Source: an uncultured Gemmataceae bacterium
GTDB taxonomy: Bacteria > Planctomycetota > Planctomycetia > Gemmatales > Gemmataceae
Direction of reading: 5' to 3'
NCBI GenBank assembly: GCA_963750165.1
Contig: CAVVPN010000004.1
Span: forward strand, 1,184,001-1,248,000
DNA length: 64,000 bases
The position numbers and the translations under genes were made by a program. The notes beneath the pieces were generated by a model. It saw only the letters and a list, made by a program, of their open reading frames with translations. It made no database searches and was not told the origin of the DNA. Of this stretch, positions 1-9,964 are shown one piece after another. The number at the start of each line of letters is the position of its first letter. Positions within the stretch are counted from its first letter, which is position 1.

Positions 1-503
1 TGCGGGCGTTCGCCTACCGGGCGGTGTGGCCGCGGGTGTTGGGGTTGCGGCCGGTGCAGGTGGTGGTGGTGCGCGACCCGGACGGGAAGTTGGACGATGC
101 CTACCTGTTCACGACCGACGTGCGTGCGGACGTGGGGTGGGTGATTACGCAGTTCGCCTGGCGCTGGTCCATTGAGGTACTGTTCCGGGCGAGCAAACAG
201 GTGCTGGACCTCGAGGCGCCACAACACTACAGTCGGGAAGCGGTGGAGAAGGTGGCGCCGTGGGTGTGGTCGTTGCAGAGCGTCGTGATGGTGTGGTATC
301 TTACCGCCGGTCGGCAGTTGCCGGAGGCGGAGGAATTGCGCCAAGTGATGGGACCCTGGGAGAGTGAATGGTCGTTGCGTCATATGGTTGCCGTGTTGCG
401 GCGGGCGACTTTGAACGCCCTAATTAAACCCAAGTCGGCCGATGCAACGGAACTCCTGAAACTCATCGAAGCGCTGAAAAACTGCGTAAATCTCGCGGTT
501 TGA
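1..503 (+). mobile_element. DDE transposase, C-terminal part (IS701/IS4-like); element end near 529
   Basis: LFTTD...RWSIEVLFRASKQVL (RW.IE..FR..KQ motif); ORF open at window edge; interrupts the cassette gene starting at 660. Confidence 0.75.
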
Positions 504-529
504 GCACTCGGAAAAGTGCGACTGCCAAG

Positions 530-660
530 ATAGCATCGTAGGCTTTTTCAGCAGCATTCAGTTTTGCGTTCGCCAATTCTCGCAGTGTTTTCTTGTCTCC
601 AGCTGAAGACACACCACTAGCCAGGGCGAGGACGATAGGAATTAGAACGCTGTATCTCAT
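530..660 (-). pseudogene. Secreted cassette protein, 5' fragment interrupted by IS
   Basis: Signal-peptide-like MRYSVLIPIVLALASGVSSA; frame runs into the IS end. Confidence 0.55.
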
Positions 661-703
661 GATTCATCACCTCTGAAATAATGTATGAAGAATGAAGCAG
701 CGA

Positions 704-773
704 ATAAGAAAAGGGGTCGGGAGTCGATATTACGAATCTGAAAAACGTGTTATCGACTCCCGACCCCTTTTCT
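704..773. repeat. 70-bp REP-like hairpin, copy 1
   Basis: 23-bp perfect inverted arms AGAAAAGGGGTCGGGAGTCGATA / TATCGACTCCCGACCCCTTTTCT; identical to 6721-6790. Confidence 0.9.
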
Positions 774-817
774 CCCCCAGACGCTCTTTGGGCTTCCTCG
801 GCATTAACTCTCAAGCG

Positions 818-918
818 GCCGAACGACAGAGCTCAGCAGCCGGCTCACGCGGGCTAAAGCTTTGACGCACGACGAACCTTCCTTCGCGTGGCCGGTCGGC
901 TGCAGCGTTTGGTTCGGC
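818..918 (-). other. attC site
   Basis: GCCGAAC...GTTCGGC imperfect palindrome just after the stop of the 927-1586 gene. Confidence 0.85.
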
Positions 919-926
919 TCGGCTCG

Positions 927-1586
927 CTACCCCAACTGCCGGAGCGCCTTTTCCAGCCAGAAACAATACCACTCCAGAAAGGTGACCCGCTCTTGGCCAC
1001 CTTGTTGTAGGGGTCTGAGGCCGCCGTGGTCTGTTCGGTCATCATCCCACACATGGCCCGCCTCGGCGCCTGTTATAACCAACCACTGTCGCAACGCGCA
1101 ACCAAGATGGCAGATGGGAACTGCCCCATTGACATTGGCCGTGTTCCAGTACACGTGGTCCTCCCAAGCGTCCAGCTGACGTTGGTATTCGTCCTCCCAT
1201 TCGGGGTCGTTCTCTCGGGATTCATCATAGACCGGCTCCGCAGACAGGTCATTCCAGGGGCCGGTATGTGGGAACGGCTCGGAGAGAACGCCGACAAACC
1301 CATCGTTCTCGGTCCACGCCTTGTGTCCAAAGCCGTCGTCCATTTCGCCAAGTTTGAACAGCCCGTATGCAGGCCCTGCTCCGCCATTACCGACGCTGAT
1401 GAGGAAACCCCGGTAGTCTTGAGGCAAGGCGACACGATGACGAGCCTCAAAATCTCGCACGACTTCTTCCGGCAGTGGCGGGTGAGTGCGAAAGCCGTGC
1501 GCCTGGGAGCCGAATACCTTTAGTGGTGCGGCAGACTCCCGCAACCGACAAAGCCCTTCGCGGATCATGGCGAAGTCTTCTCTCAT
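927..1586 (-). CDS. SMI1/KNR4 (SUKH) family immunity-like protein, cassette
   Basis: FEARHRVALPQDYRGFL...GNGGAGP and ICHLGC motifs; GGAGG RBS. Confidence 0.85.
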   Translation of the reverse strand: MREDFAMIREGLCRLRESAAPLKVFGSQAHGFRTHPPLPEEVVRDFEARHRVALPQDYRGFLISVGNGGAGPAYGLFKLGEMDDGFGHKAWTENDGFVGVLSEPFPHTGPWNDLSAEPVYDESRENDPEWEDEYQRQLDAWEDHVYWNTANVNGAVPICHLGCALRQWLVITGAEAGHVWDDDRTDHGGLRPLQQGGQERVTFLEWYCFWLEKALRQLG

Positions 1587-1603
1587 CCATCGCCTCCAGT
1601 GTA

Positions 1604-1693
1604 GCCGAACTACCCAGTTCACGTGCGGGCCACTTGACGTAAACTATTCGCTGCAACCGTAGTCGGCCCGTCACGTGCAACGGCTGGTTCGGG
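1604..1693 (-). other. attC site (family A)
   Basis: GCCGAAC-TACCCAGTTCACGTGCGGGCC...GGCCCGTCACGTGCAAC...GTTCGGG. Confidence 0.9.
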
Positions 1694-1822
1694 CATGTTC
1701 TCTCTTGCCTTCGACCCTTCTTCCTCGGACCCAGTGTTGCTCTCAGCGGCAGCTCCCCGTCATGGTAGTTCCGCAACAGCACCCGATCCGGGCAGGCCAA
1801 CCGCGTCAAGCCGGCATCCGCC

Positions 1823-2233
1823 TCAAGTGTCCTTGGACGGTTTGTGCAGGGGTCGCTTCCACGTATCGTACAGTGATTGCAATTCTTGCTGCCAGTAGGC
1901 TTCCTCTTCAGCGGGGCCGCCGGTAAACCGACCGAGTTGCCTCGCCAGTCCGAAGAAGCCCGGGCCAGGCTTCCCACTCACGACCGATACTGCAACCGCG
2001 CTGAGCATCGGCCGCTTTGCTTTGACCTCATCCTCGGCGATCTCCCCAAGGATCTGCCCGGTCTCCCCGGCCATATATCCGCCCTGCAGCGGGAGGCCCA
2101 TGATGACCGCAATGTCCTGGTAGGTCGTCACGCCACGGTACTCTGCGGCGCGGATGAGTTCCGCAAGCACGCGGATGTAATTGGTCGTCCCGCGGTACTT
2201 GTCTTTGACGGGGAAGTGATCGAGGATTTGCAT
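1823..2233 (-). CDS. Hypothetical cassette protein, possible winged-helix
   Basis: 136-aa ORF with GGAGG RBS between two attC; TTYQDIA...RPMLSAVAV..GKPGPGFF. Confidence 0.7.
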   Translation of the reverse strand: MQILDHFPVKDKYRGTTNYIRVLAELIRAAEYRGVTTYQDIAVIMGLPLQGGYMAGETGQILGEIAEDEVKAKRPMLSAVAVSVVSGKPGPGFFGLARQLGRFTGGPAEEEAYWQQELQSLYDTWKRPLHKPSKDT

Positions 2234-2389
2234 GCTGCCTCCACAGGACGACGCCGTGCGTTCCGGGCTACTCGCTCATGACGACGGGTACCGCCGGGGC
2301 GCCTTCCGGCGCGCCCGAACGACCCAGCTCCCACGAAAATGTATTTCTGGGACTGTGTCCACCGAGGGGACCGTCGTGGGTGGTCCTGC

Positions 2390-3636
2390 TCAGGCCGCCG
2401 GTTCCGCCACGGTCACCTCATAGCCCATTCTCTGCAGCCGCCGCACCAGCCTCTCCTTCAGCCGGTCCTTGTCTGCCGTCCGGTAATAGTCCGGCCCCTC
2501 TTCCTGGTACGGCCGGCGCTTGCTCAGTAGTGTGTAGGCCATCCGCAAGATCCGGTGCCCCACCGCCAGGCAGGCCCGCTTGTCCCCGCGGCGTGCCTTG
2601 ATCCGATGGTACGTCGCCCGCAGACTGCTCTCCTTGGTGTTCGCCGCTCCCCGCGCCGCCTCCACCAGCGCCTGCCGCAGCCAGCGGTTGCCCTTGCGCG
2701 TCTTGCCGCTCTTCTGCTTGCCAGCGCTCTCGTGGTTGCCTGGACACATCCCCGCCCACGACGCCAACTGACCCTCCGACTGGAACCGGCTCATGTCCAG
2801 CCCGATCTCCGCCACGATCACCTGCGCCGTCCGCTGGTTCACCCCGGGAATCTGGTCCAACAGCGCTAGCGCCTGCGCGAACGGGAGGCACACCTCGGCG
2901 ATCTTCGCATCCAAGCGGACGATGGCGTCGTCCAGGTCGCTCACCTTCTGTAATTGCTCCCGCAGCAACCAGCGCTGCGTCGCGCTCATCACCCCGCGCA
3001 GCGCTTCCTCCAATTCCGGGATCTTCGCACGCAGCTGGCCCCGCGCAGGTTGGCCAGTACGGCGGGGCTGTCCACGCCCTCGGCCAGGCTGCGTAACATG
3101 TCTCGGCCACTGGCTCCCAGTACGTCGCTGGCCACGCCGGCCAACTTGATGTTGCAGTTCTCCAGCAACTTCTGGATACGGTTGCTCTCGTCGGCGCGCT
3201 GGCGGATCACTTGCGTGCGGTAGCGCGTCAAGTCCCGCAGTTCCCGGATTTCCTTGGGGGGCACGAAACTACTGCGCAACAGGCCCACACGCAACAGGGT
3301 GGCGAGCCACTCGGCATCCTTGACATCGGTCTTGCGTCCGGGCACGTTCTTGACGTGCTGGGCGTTGACCAGGACGACCTCAATGCCGGCCTGCTCCAGG
3401 ATGTTGAACACCGGCTTCCAATACACGCCGGTGCTCTCGATGGCCACGTGCCGACAGTCCGCCTGCACCAACCACTGCGCCAACTCCTGCAAGGCGCTGG
3501 TCATGGTCCGAAAGACCCGGCGCTCGACGAGCGCATCGCCCGAGGCACCCGACTTCAAGAGGCAGGCGGTCAGGGTCTTCTTGTGGACATCAATGCCGCA
3601 GCAAATGGTCAGCACGACAGGGAGCAGCGCGTCCAT
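2390..3636 (-). CDS. IS110-family transposase/recombinase (frameshift near 3040)
   Basis: GIDVHK, ESTGVYW, KTDVKDA, IPGV, ESAGK..SG...KGNRWLR motifs across two frames. Confidence 0.9.
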
Positions 3637-3864
3637 CGGAGTTCTCCAGACGCCCAGGGAGCATGCAGACGCCGGCGGTGGTGGAGTCTCCCACACGGGC
3701 ATATGGGCGCTGCGCCCAAATCAGGGTGCCTCGCGGCGTCCGGGTCCAACTCTGCGTCGGGCACGATGCACCAGCTAAGTCACGACCACAGCACGTCCCC
3801 AGACGCCCTCTATCCTAGCTCGCCTCCTTTTCATCGATCAGGGGGAAATTGGTTTCATGGAGAA
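3637..3864 (-). ncRNA. Candidate IS110 bridge RNA region
   Basis: ~230-nt non-coding end upstream of the recombinase, with segments matching the target flank and the element circle junction. Confidence 0.6.
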
Positions 3865-3987
3865 CTCTGCGGCGGGCCACTCGACTTAATGTGTCCGAGT
3901 AGACTCATATGGCCCGTCCGCAGCAGCACCTGGTTCGGACGGTTACTTTTCGACTTGGCCCCGTTCGCGCTTGGCCCAACAGGGGCT

Positions 3988-4509
3988 TCACGTGGGGCTC
4001 TCGCGCTCGCCACTGTCTGCGGCTGCGAAGGCCGCATGCATCTCGGCAGCCAAGTCCACCAGCGGCCGCCACTGGGCCGGCCACTCCGACCACCAGTGGA
4101 ACCGCCACCCCGACCACAAATCCCCGAAGACCGACAACTCATACCCGGTGCCGTCCGCCCCGCCGTACCCGCTGAGGTCCGGTTGGAGCGGCAGGGTGAG
4201 CGCCGTGACCCGGCGGAAGAACGCCTCCAACTCAGCCGAAACGAATGGGACCACCTCCAAGCCAACCAGCAGCAGCTCCGGCTCCGTCCGGACGGCGCGT
4301 GGCCGGGTCAGCGTCCACCCCTGGGCTTGCCGGACTTCCCACACCGAGGGCTGCCCGAATGAGGGGGCCACGATCAGTTGCAACCGCCGCACACCGATGC
4401 CCCGGGCGTGTACGTCGCGGCCGGCCGGGCGCGGCTCAGTGCGGATGCGCTCCCAGTCGGCCTCGTCGGCCTGTTGTAGCGTGAAGGCCCTCGCCCGACG
4501 GTTGCCCAC
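3988..4509 (-). CDS. Hypothetical cassette protein
   Basis: 173-aa ORF filling the cassette between attC sites. Confidence 0.65.
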   Translation of the reverse strand: MGNRRARAFTLQQADEADWERIRTEPRPAGRDVHARGIGVRRLQLIVAPSFGQPSVWEVRQAQGWTLTRPRAVRTEPELLLVGLEVVPFVSAELEAFFRRVTALTLPLQPDLSGYGGADGTGYELSVFGDLWSGWRFHWWSEWPAQWRPLVDLAAEMHAAFAAADSGERESPT

Positions 4510-4533
4510 TCGCTCCGCCTCCGCTTCTGCATG

Positions 4534-4632
4534 TCCGAACGATAAGGATAAGCTGCCGGGGCCGCCTGCAACGCCTACGAGCCGCGCGAAACCATGATGG
4601 CGGCCCCGGTCAGCTTCATCCGTTTGTTATGC
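4534..4632 (-). other. attC site
   Basis: TCCGAAC...AAGCTGCCGGGGCCGCC...GGCGGCCCCGGTCAGCTT...GTTATGC. Confidence 0.9.
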
Positions 4633-4642
4633 GGCACTTCGG

Positions 4643-5049
4643 CTAATCGCCAGAGACGATCAACCTCAGCTTCTCCGCCCTTGCAAACTCGATAAGCCAG
4701 ATCATCTTGGCGATGATCTCCAAAAGCTCCGTTTTCTTGACGACCCGCCAGATTTCGTTCTCACGGGCAGGTGTTTCATTCCAACCAGTTAGAACCTTCC
4801 ATTCATCGGGCCTGTGGGTTGCGTCTTCCCGTGCCGCTTTCAACTCGTCTTCAAGTCGATCAAGTTCATAACCGTCGATTTCGGCACCGCCATACAAGTC
4901 GACGAGTTCCTCGGCTCGCTGGACTTTGCGCCCTCGAAATAGCGATACAAATGCCAGTAGCAGCCAGTGTCATCGAGCCAAACAGACCGCTCGGGCGGAT
5001 TCACACGCGACGCGCGAAAGTTCTCGGCGACGTAGATATCGGCGGCCAT
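4643..5049 (-). CDS. Hypothetical cassette protein (frameshift near 4910)
   Basis: Overlapping ORFs 4840-5049 and 4643-4897 join into one cassette-filling gene. Confidence 0.6.
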
Positions 5050-5089
5050 TGGTTCGCACCCGTCTATACCGGCGAGGACTCGTCTTGCC

Positions 5090-5178
5090 GCATAACAACA
5101 GAGTTCACATGCGGGCCACTTGCCTCAATGTTCAACTCTCGCCTCAGATGGCCCGTCATGTGCAACATCTGGTTCGGG
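5090..5178 (-). other. attC site (family A)
   Basis: GCATAAC...TTCACATGCGGGCCA...TGGCCCGTCATGTGCAAC...GTTCGGG. Confidence 0.9.
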
Positions 5179-5266
5179 CATTTTCTCTCTCGACTCCGCC
5201 CCTTCTTCCTCGGCCCCGCTCTCGCGCTCACCCGCGAATCTCCACCGGGCAGTCGTGGTTCTGGCC

Positions 5267-5710
5267 TCAACGCTCGGCTCGCTGCGGGAAATCCTGAAGT
5301 TGCCGGCGCAGCGAAGCGACAGCCGCTTTCAACTCGGGTTCCCTCAGCGGGAACTCGACATAAACCTCCTCCTCTCGATTGGCCCACGGCGGCCGGGCCT
5401 CAATGGCGAAGGAGACGCGCAACTGGCGAGTCGCTCCCGTTCCGACTACCTCAAAACTCAGGTTCGGCTCGATGAAACCGCAGTACGGCTTCGCCTCGGC
5501 GCCAGCTGCGACCGCCTCCAGCCAGTCCGCCAGTTGTGTGACCTCGTAGGTGAGCAAGCTCGGGTCTCGGAACCGCCAATTGCCCCGGGGGTGTTGGACG
5601 GCCCCTTCGATGACCAACCAGTTCGAGTCGTACAAGGCAGTCGCTGCGCCAGGGAACTGATACCCGGCAATGCGCAACTCAAGCGCCATGTCACCGGTTG
5701 CCAACCTCAT
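5267..5710 (-). CDS. WapI-like immunity protein, first cassette behind attI copy 2
   Basis: LRIAGYQFP...YDSNWL...DPSLLTYE...FIEPNLSF resembles the WapI family; GGAGGAG RBS. Confidence 0.6.
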   Translation of the reverse strand: MRLATGDMALELRIAGYQFPGAATALYDSNWLVIEGAVQHPRGNWRFRDPSLLTYEVTQLADWLEAVAAGAEAKPYCGFIEPNLSFEVVGTGATRQLRVSFAIEARPPWANREEEVYVEFPLREPELKAAVASLRRQLQDFPQRAER

Positions 5711-5732
5711 CGCCGTCTTCTCCTCCGGCGCA

Positions 5733-5820
5733 CTCGAACCTCTGATTATAGTGCGCTCTGCGCAACGTAGCACGGCCAAGCGCAACGTAGCAAGGGCATG
5801 CGCAACGTAGCAAAGGGAAC
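5733..5820 (-). other. attI site, duplicated copy (3 direct repeats)
   Basis: Matches 14334 onward from the G|TTCG crossover; GCGCAACGTAGCA x3 at 20-bp period. Confidence 0.75.
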
Positions 5821-5966
5821 GCGTTTCCCATCGCCTTTTTCTTGTACCCTCCCTCCGCGGTTCGGACAAGGAAAAAAAATTCCGCAGCGGCGTTTTTTCC
5901 TGGCACCGCCTGGCACACGCCCGTACACTAACGATAATATGCATTCCTGGTTGGAGGAGATCAGCC

Positions 5967-6758
5967 ATGTCGCCGGAAACCGTACCCCAACCGCCTCGTC
6001 TGCTCGATCAACTTCGCCAGGCAGCGTTGACCCAGTTCGGCCGACCGGAACCCGGCGAGCGTTACGCGCGCTGGGCGACCCGATTTATCCTCTTCCACCA
6101 CAAGCGCCACCCCCGCGACCTCGGCGCCGACGAGGTGCAGCACTTCCTCGAACACGTTGGCAAAACCGAAGAGCGGCCGGTGGACGCCCTCTTCGCGGCG
6201 CGCGAAGCCCTGGCCTTCCTGTATCAACAGGTGCTGGGCATCCCCCTGGAGGAAGTTCGCCTGCCCGAACCGCCCCGCCTGCTGGAGCGGGTGCGGTTGG
6301 CCCTGCGCGTGCGGCACTACTCCCCGGCCACGGAAAATTGCTACGTCACCTGGGCGGAACGCTTCATCCGCTTCCACCACCTGCGCCACCCCCGCGACAT
6401 GGGGGCCGCGGAGGTCAACGCCTTCCTGACCCACCTGGCGGTCCAGGAGCGGGTCGCCGCCAGCACCCAGAACCAGGCCCTGAATGCCCTGGTCTTCCTG
6501 TTCCAGCAGGTGCTCGATCTGGACCTGGGCCGGTTAGAGGCGGTGCGGGCGCGGCGGCCGAAGCGCCTGCCGGTGGTCCTGGCCCCCGAAGAAGTCCGGC
6601 GCGTGCTGGAAGCCGTCACGGGAGGTTCCGGGGTGCTGCGACTCATGGCCAGCCTGCTGTACGGCGCCGGGTTGCGCCGGGCCGAGTGTTGTGGCCTGCG
6701 CGTGCAGGACGTGGACCTGGATAAGAAAAGGGGTCGGGAGTCGATATTACGAATCTGA
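5967..6758 (+). pseudogene. intI: Truncated duplicate of integron integrase (intI'), homology ends at 6720
   Basis: Same sequence as 14586-15339; cut by a REP hairpin; lacks the catalytic K, HxxR, H and Y. Confidence 0.9.
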
Positions 6759-6790
6759 AAAACGTGTTATCGACTCCCGACCCCTTTTCT
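6721..6790. repeat. 70-bp REP-like hairpin, copy 2
   Basis: Identical to 704-773; sits exactly between intI' and a half attC. Confidence 0.9.
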
Positions 6791-6794
6791 GTTC

Positions 6795-6860
6795 CTGGTG
6801 AGACTTCGAACCCTGATTTCACGTCATGCCGCCGCAGTCAGGTGCAACTTTTGGTTCGGC
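6795..6860 (-). other. Half attC site (one arm lost)
   Basis: Aligns with the right part of attC 13527-13623 (CTGGTGAGAC...GCCGCCGCAGTCAGGTGCAA...GTTCGGC). Confidence 0.8.
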
Positions 6861-7386
6861 CGGCTTGTCCTTGCACGATATCGAAATCGGTTGAAGCGGC
6901 CGGAAGTATAGTGTCACTGCCGAGCGATTTCACATTCCAGACAAGGCGTACGTCCACAATTGAAACACCGCCAAGCGATTGTTCCACTCGCCCTGTTTTT
7001 TCGCAAATCAAATTCGGACCGAATTTCTCGCAAAAAACAATGCCCGTCCCTTCGCGATAGAACTTGATGAGCGGGAACTGATAATAAACCCGATCGGTTC
7101 TGTCGGCCTCGTTGAAATCGTCAATGTAACGCGGAAGTTCTCGATAGGGCACTGACCGGCAACCTGTTTCGTCAGCCAACCACCAACCCTTGATAATGCC
7201 ACCGATTGCGCCTTTCAGGTCGCCTTCGAGGGCTTCCGCCAAGCATAATTTTTCAAAGACAGGGAGTTCCGCGAGTGCCGTCGAGTAGGTCAACGACAGG
7301 TAGTCGAGGAAAGCCAGTTCTTGGCGACGCGGGAAGAACCATGCTAGCGAGCAAGCAATGGCGTCGGACATTTCGCCTTCATTCAT
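6838..7386 (-). CDS. Hypothetical cassette protein
   Basis: Lower-GC 182-aa ORF with RBS; stop lies inside attC. Confidence 0.65.
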   Translation of the reverse strand: MNEGEMSDAIACSLAWFFPRRQELAFLDYLSLTYSTALAELPVFEKLCLAEALEGDLKGAIGGIIKGWWLADETGCRSVPYRELPRYIDDFNEADRTDRVYYQFPLIKFYREGTGIVFCEKFGPNLICEKTGRVEQSLGGVSIVDVRLVWNVKSLGSDTILPAASTDFDIVQGQAGRTKSCT

Positions 7387-7400
7387 CCGCTCGCTCCAAG

Positions 7401-7489
7401 GCCGAACAACCCAGTTCACGTGCGGGCCACTTGACTGGGCGTGTCCGTGTAGACTCAGTTGGCCCGTCACGTGCAACGACTGGTTCGGG
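7401..7489 (-). other. attC site (family A)
   Basis: Near-identical to 12403-12491. Confidence 0.9.
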
Positions 7490-7543
7490 CTGGTTTTTTC
7501 TTGCCTTCGACCCTTCTTCCTCGATCCCGCTCACGCGCCCAGC

Positions 7544-8227
7544 CTACACCTTGCCGAGCAACAAGTCCACCACCCAACAACCGCGGACGTGCGGGCCGGG
7601 ACCGCGGCAGTGTGACAGCATGTCGGCGTTGTCGCACCCCGCCTCCTCCAAAGCGTCAGCGAGGATCGGGAGCCGGTCGAAGGCCCGGTCGGCATAGACC
7701 CCGGCGGCGAACTGTACGACCGTGGAGGCGAGCCAGGACGGTTCAACCGAAACCGTCCGGAACGGATCCCCGACGATATCGGCGATCAGCCGGGCGACGC
7801 CCGCCCGGTCAGCCTCCCTCTGCCGGTGGATGGACTCCCCGCCCCCGGAGCGGAAGTCCCCGAAGACGGCCTCCCCGCGGAGCCGGACCACGAGCGCGGC
7901 GAACTCCTGGGCCGACTGCCAGACCATGCGGCGTGGGGAGAGCAGGAGTTGGCGGATCTTGTTCTCGGTCCGTATACCCTCCGTCATCACGAACGCGATG
8001 ACCCGCTCCGACCGCAGGCGGTTCAGCTTGTCGATTGTCACCTGCCCATCCGCGCACCCCTCAGCGGCGGCACACGCTTCGGCCAAGGTTGCCGAGGTGT
8101 ACCCCTCCGGTAGCAGGCGAAAGTACCCACAGGCCAGCAGCCGCAGTTTCCGCTCGCTCGCCTTCCCGCGTAGGCACTCCACCATCTGAGCCGGGTGGGC
8201 ACAAGCCAGCCATTCCGACTCAGTCAC
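7544..8227 (-). CDS. Gemmata-type expanded-family protein, cassette
   Basis: TESEWL...RKLRL and LPILADALEEAGC...HVRGCWVVDLLL signatures. Confidence 0.8.
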   Translation of the reverse strand: MTESEWLACAHPAQMVECLRGKASERKLRLLACGYFRLLPEGYTSATLAEACAAAEGCADGQVTIDKLNRLRSERVIAFVMTEGIRTENKIRQLLLSPRRMVWQSAQEFAALVVRLRGEAVFGDFRSGGGESIHRQREADRAGVARLIADIVGDPFRTVSVEPSWLASTVVQFAAGVYADRAFDRLPILADALEEAGCDNADMLSHCRGPGPHVRGCWVVDLLLGKV

Positions 8228-8244
8228 CGCACGCCCTCCGCGCG

Positions 8245-8333
8245 TCCGAACAACATAGTTCACGTGCGGGCCACTCGACTCAATGTTCAGTTGCAGCCGT
8301 AGTTGGCCCGTCACGTGCAACGCCTGGTTCGGC
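8245..8333 (-). other. attC site (family A)
   Basis: TCCGAAC...TTCACGTGCGGGCC...GGCCCGTCACGTGCAAC...GTTCGGC. Confidence 0.9.
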
Positions 8334-8410
8334 GTTGTTTTCTCTCGACTATGTCTCTTTTACTCACGAAGCCGATTCGAGCTGCGTCCTCTTTTCTTCT
8401 CCTTTTCTTC

Positions 8411-8809
8411 TCAGGCCAACTGTCGAATAAACCATCCGATTCCAACAAGGGATAGGGTGTACACAACCCGAACGACTGCCTGAAGCAACTGCGGCGATGA
8501 GGAATTCTCAATCTTCGCCGGCGCCGCCTCCCCGCGGTGACGATCATTTGAAGCGAGACCTGAAAGCGGGTCGAGTACGAACTGCACAAGTCGCAGAAGG
8601 AGGACGAGGCCAGACGCCTGGACGATGGTCAAGATCGGTAGCTGAAAGGCAGGGACTGCAAACCAGGCCCAAAGCAAGCTCGCCCCCCAGCCAATAACTA
8701 ACAGACTAATGAGTTCCGCAAAACCGTGCGCGAGCCAGAGCAAACAGCCAGTGAGCGGCCTCGCACTACTCGGAGGGGGCTGCGTCGCGGCCGGTTTTTC
8801 GTCGCTCAT
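8411..8809 (-). CDS. Small membrane protein, cassette
   Basis: About three hydrophobic segments; AGGAG RBS. Confidence 0.65.
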   Translation of the reverse strand: MSDEKPAATQPPPSSARPLTGCLLWLAHGFAELISLLVIGWGASLLWAWFAVPAFQLPILTIVQASGLVLLLRLVQFVLDPLSGLASNDRHRGEAAPAKIENSSSPQLLQAVVRVVYTLSLVGIGWFIRQLA

Positions 8810-8827
8810 CACGTTTCATCTCCTAGT

Positions 8828-8925
8828 GCCGAACTCCAAGGCTAAGCTGCCGGGGCCGCCTGCAAGGCCGTTAAAGCTCGCAAACCAGAGTGGCGGCCCC
8901 GGTCAGCTTCAGCCGCTGGTTAGCC
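8828..8925 (-). other. attC site
   Basis: GCCGAAC...GTTAGCC; same family as 4534-4632. Confidence 0.9.
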
Positions 8926-8931
8926 ACCCCA

Positions 8932-9823
8932 TCACCACACGTTGACAAAAAGCTGCGTCTCCATCTGGCCTTGCGGCTGCACCAAGGTGATGCCCACCGT
9001 GTAGGTGGGCGTCTTGACGTTCAAGAAGCGGACGTGCGCGGCAGGCAATCCTGCTTGCACCGCGCTGTTGAAACCGCGAAACATCAGGTATTCGAGCTTG
9101 TTCCCGTCGGGCGTGGTGTACGGCGACTTGGCCAGCGTTATGGTACCGTTGGGAACATCGCACTTCTTGTAGTAAAAGCTTGCCACCTTGTCGAAATCAT
9201 CGGTCGTCAGTCCGACGAAACCGCCGGCCATGTCGTTGCTGTCGTGCCAGCTCGATACCGTCTTGGTAATGTTCGGATACTTCCATTCCTCCCACTGGCT
9301 GATTTTTCCGGCCTTGGGCAAGGCAATCTCGGTCTTTTCCTTGTCCTCTTCGTCGAGGTCCACCTGGAACTTCGGATTGCCCGGATCAGGAATGGCCTTG
9401 CCAATGGCGATGCGTGTGATCGGTTTGTGGTTGGGCGGCTCCGGACCAAAGTTGGGACCATACTCCATGTGCATCGCGATGGCGAACCCGGGACTGAGGC
9501 GGTAAATCCAATGGTGCGACGAATTCTTGCCGCTCCCACCTCCACCGAGATTGACGTTCTTGTCAAGGCGCGCCTTGTCAACGCCAAGCAGCAAGAAGGC
9601 GTTATCCTGAGAAATCGGCAAGGGCAACGCCATCAGCTTTTTCCGAATCAGGGCGACCTCCTCGTCCCTGTACAACCCGTCCGAAGGTCCTTTGCCATCC
9701 GCGTTGGGACCGCGCGTCCTCGCCGGTGGGCGACCCCTGCTGATGGATGGCGAACAGGTAGCCCGCGCCGGCACCGGCCGCAAACAGCAACAGCAGGCCA
9801 ATGATGACAAGAGCTTTGCGCAT
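8932..9823 (-). CDS. Membrane-anchored/exported hypothetical cassette protein (frameshift near 9710)
   Basis: MRKALVIIGLLLLFAAGAG N-terminus joins the long 8932 frame. Confidence 0.6.
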
Positions 9824-9866
9824 CGAATACCCCTCGACGGATACAAGACAGCGCTGGGGACACGGC

Positions 9867-9964
9867 GGCTAACGACAAGGCTCTGCGGCGTTGGGGGCCA
9901 GGGTGGGCGTCAAAGCACGCAAGGCGTCACGGCCCCCAACGTCCGCAGCAGCCGCTTGTTCGGG
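9867..9964 (-). other. attC site
   Basis: GGCTAAC...CTGCGGCGTTGGGGGCC...GGCCCCCAACGTCCGCAG...GTTCGGG. Confidence 0.9.

Larger units (their letters stand above)
2331..3867 (-). mobile_element. IS110-family insertion sequence
   Basis: CTC at both junctions (2328-2330, 3865-3867); short subterminal inverted repeat CCACGAAA / TTTCATGG; encodes a DEDD recombinase. Confidence 0.85.
2314..3939 (-). other. attC site (family A) split by IS110 (2314-2330 + 3868-3939)
   Basis: Removing 2331-3867 restores CCCGAACGACCCAGCTC-TGCGGCGGGCCACTCGAC...GGCCCGTCCGCAGCAGCACCTGGTTCGGA. Confidence 0.85.

Noticed and set aside
5711..5968. N-terminal extensions of cassette ORFs through attI/attC (e.g. MADLLQPG..., MHVTGQL...)
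   Set aside because: Read-through of recombination sites; better starts with RBS lie inside the cassettes.
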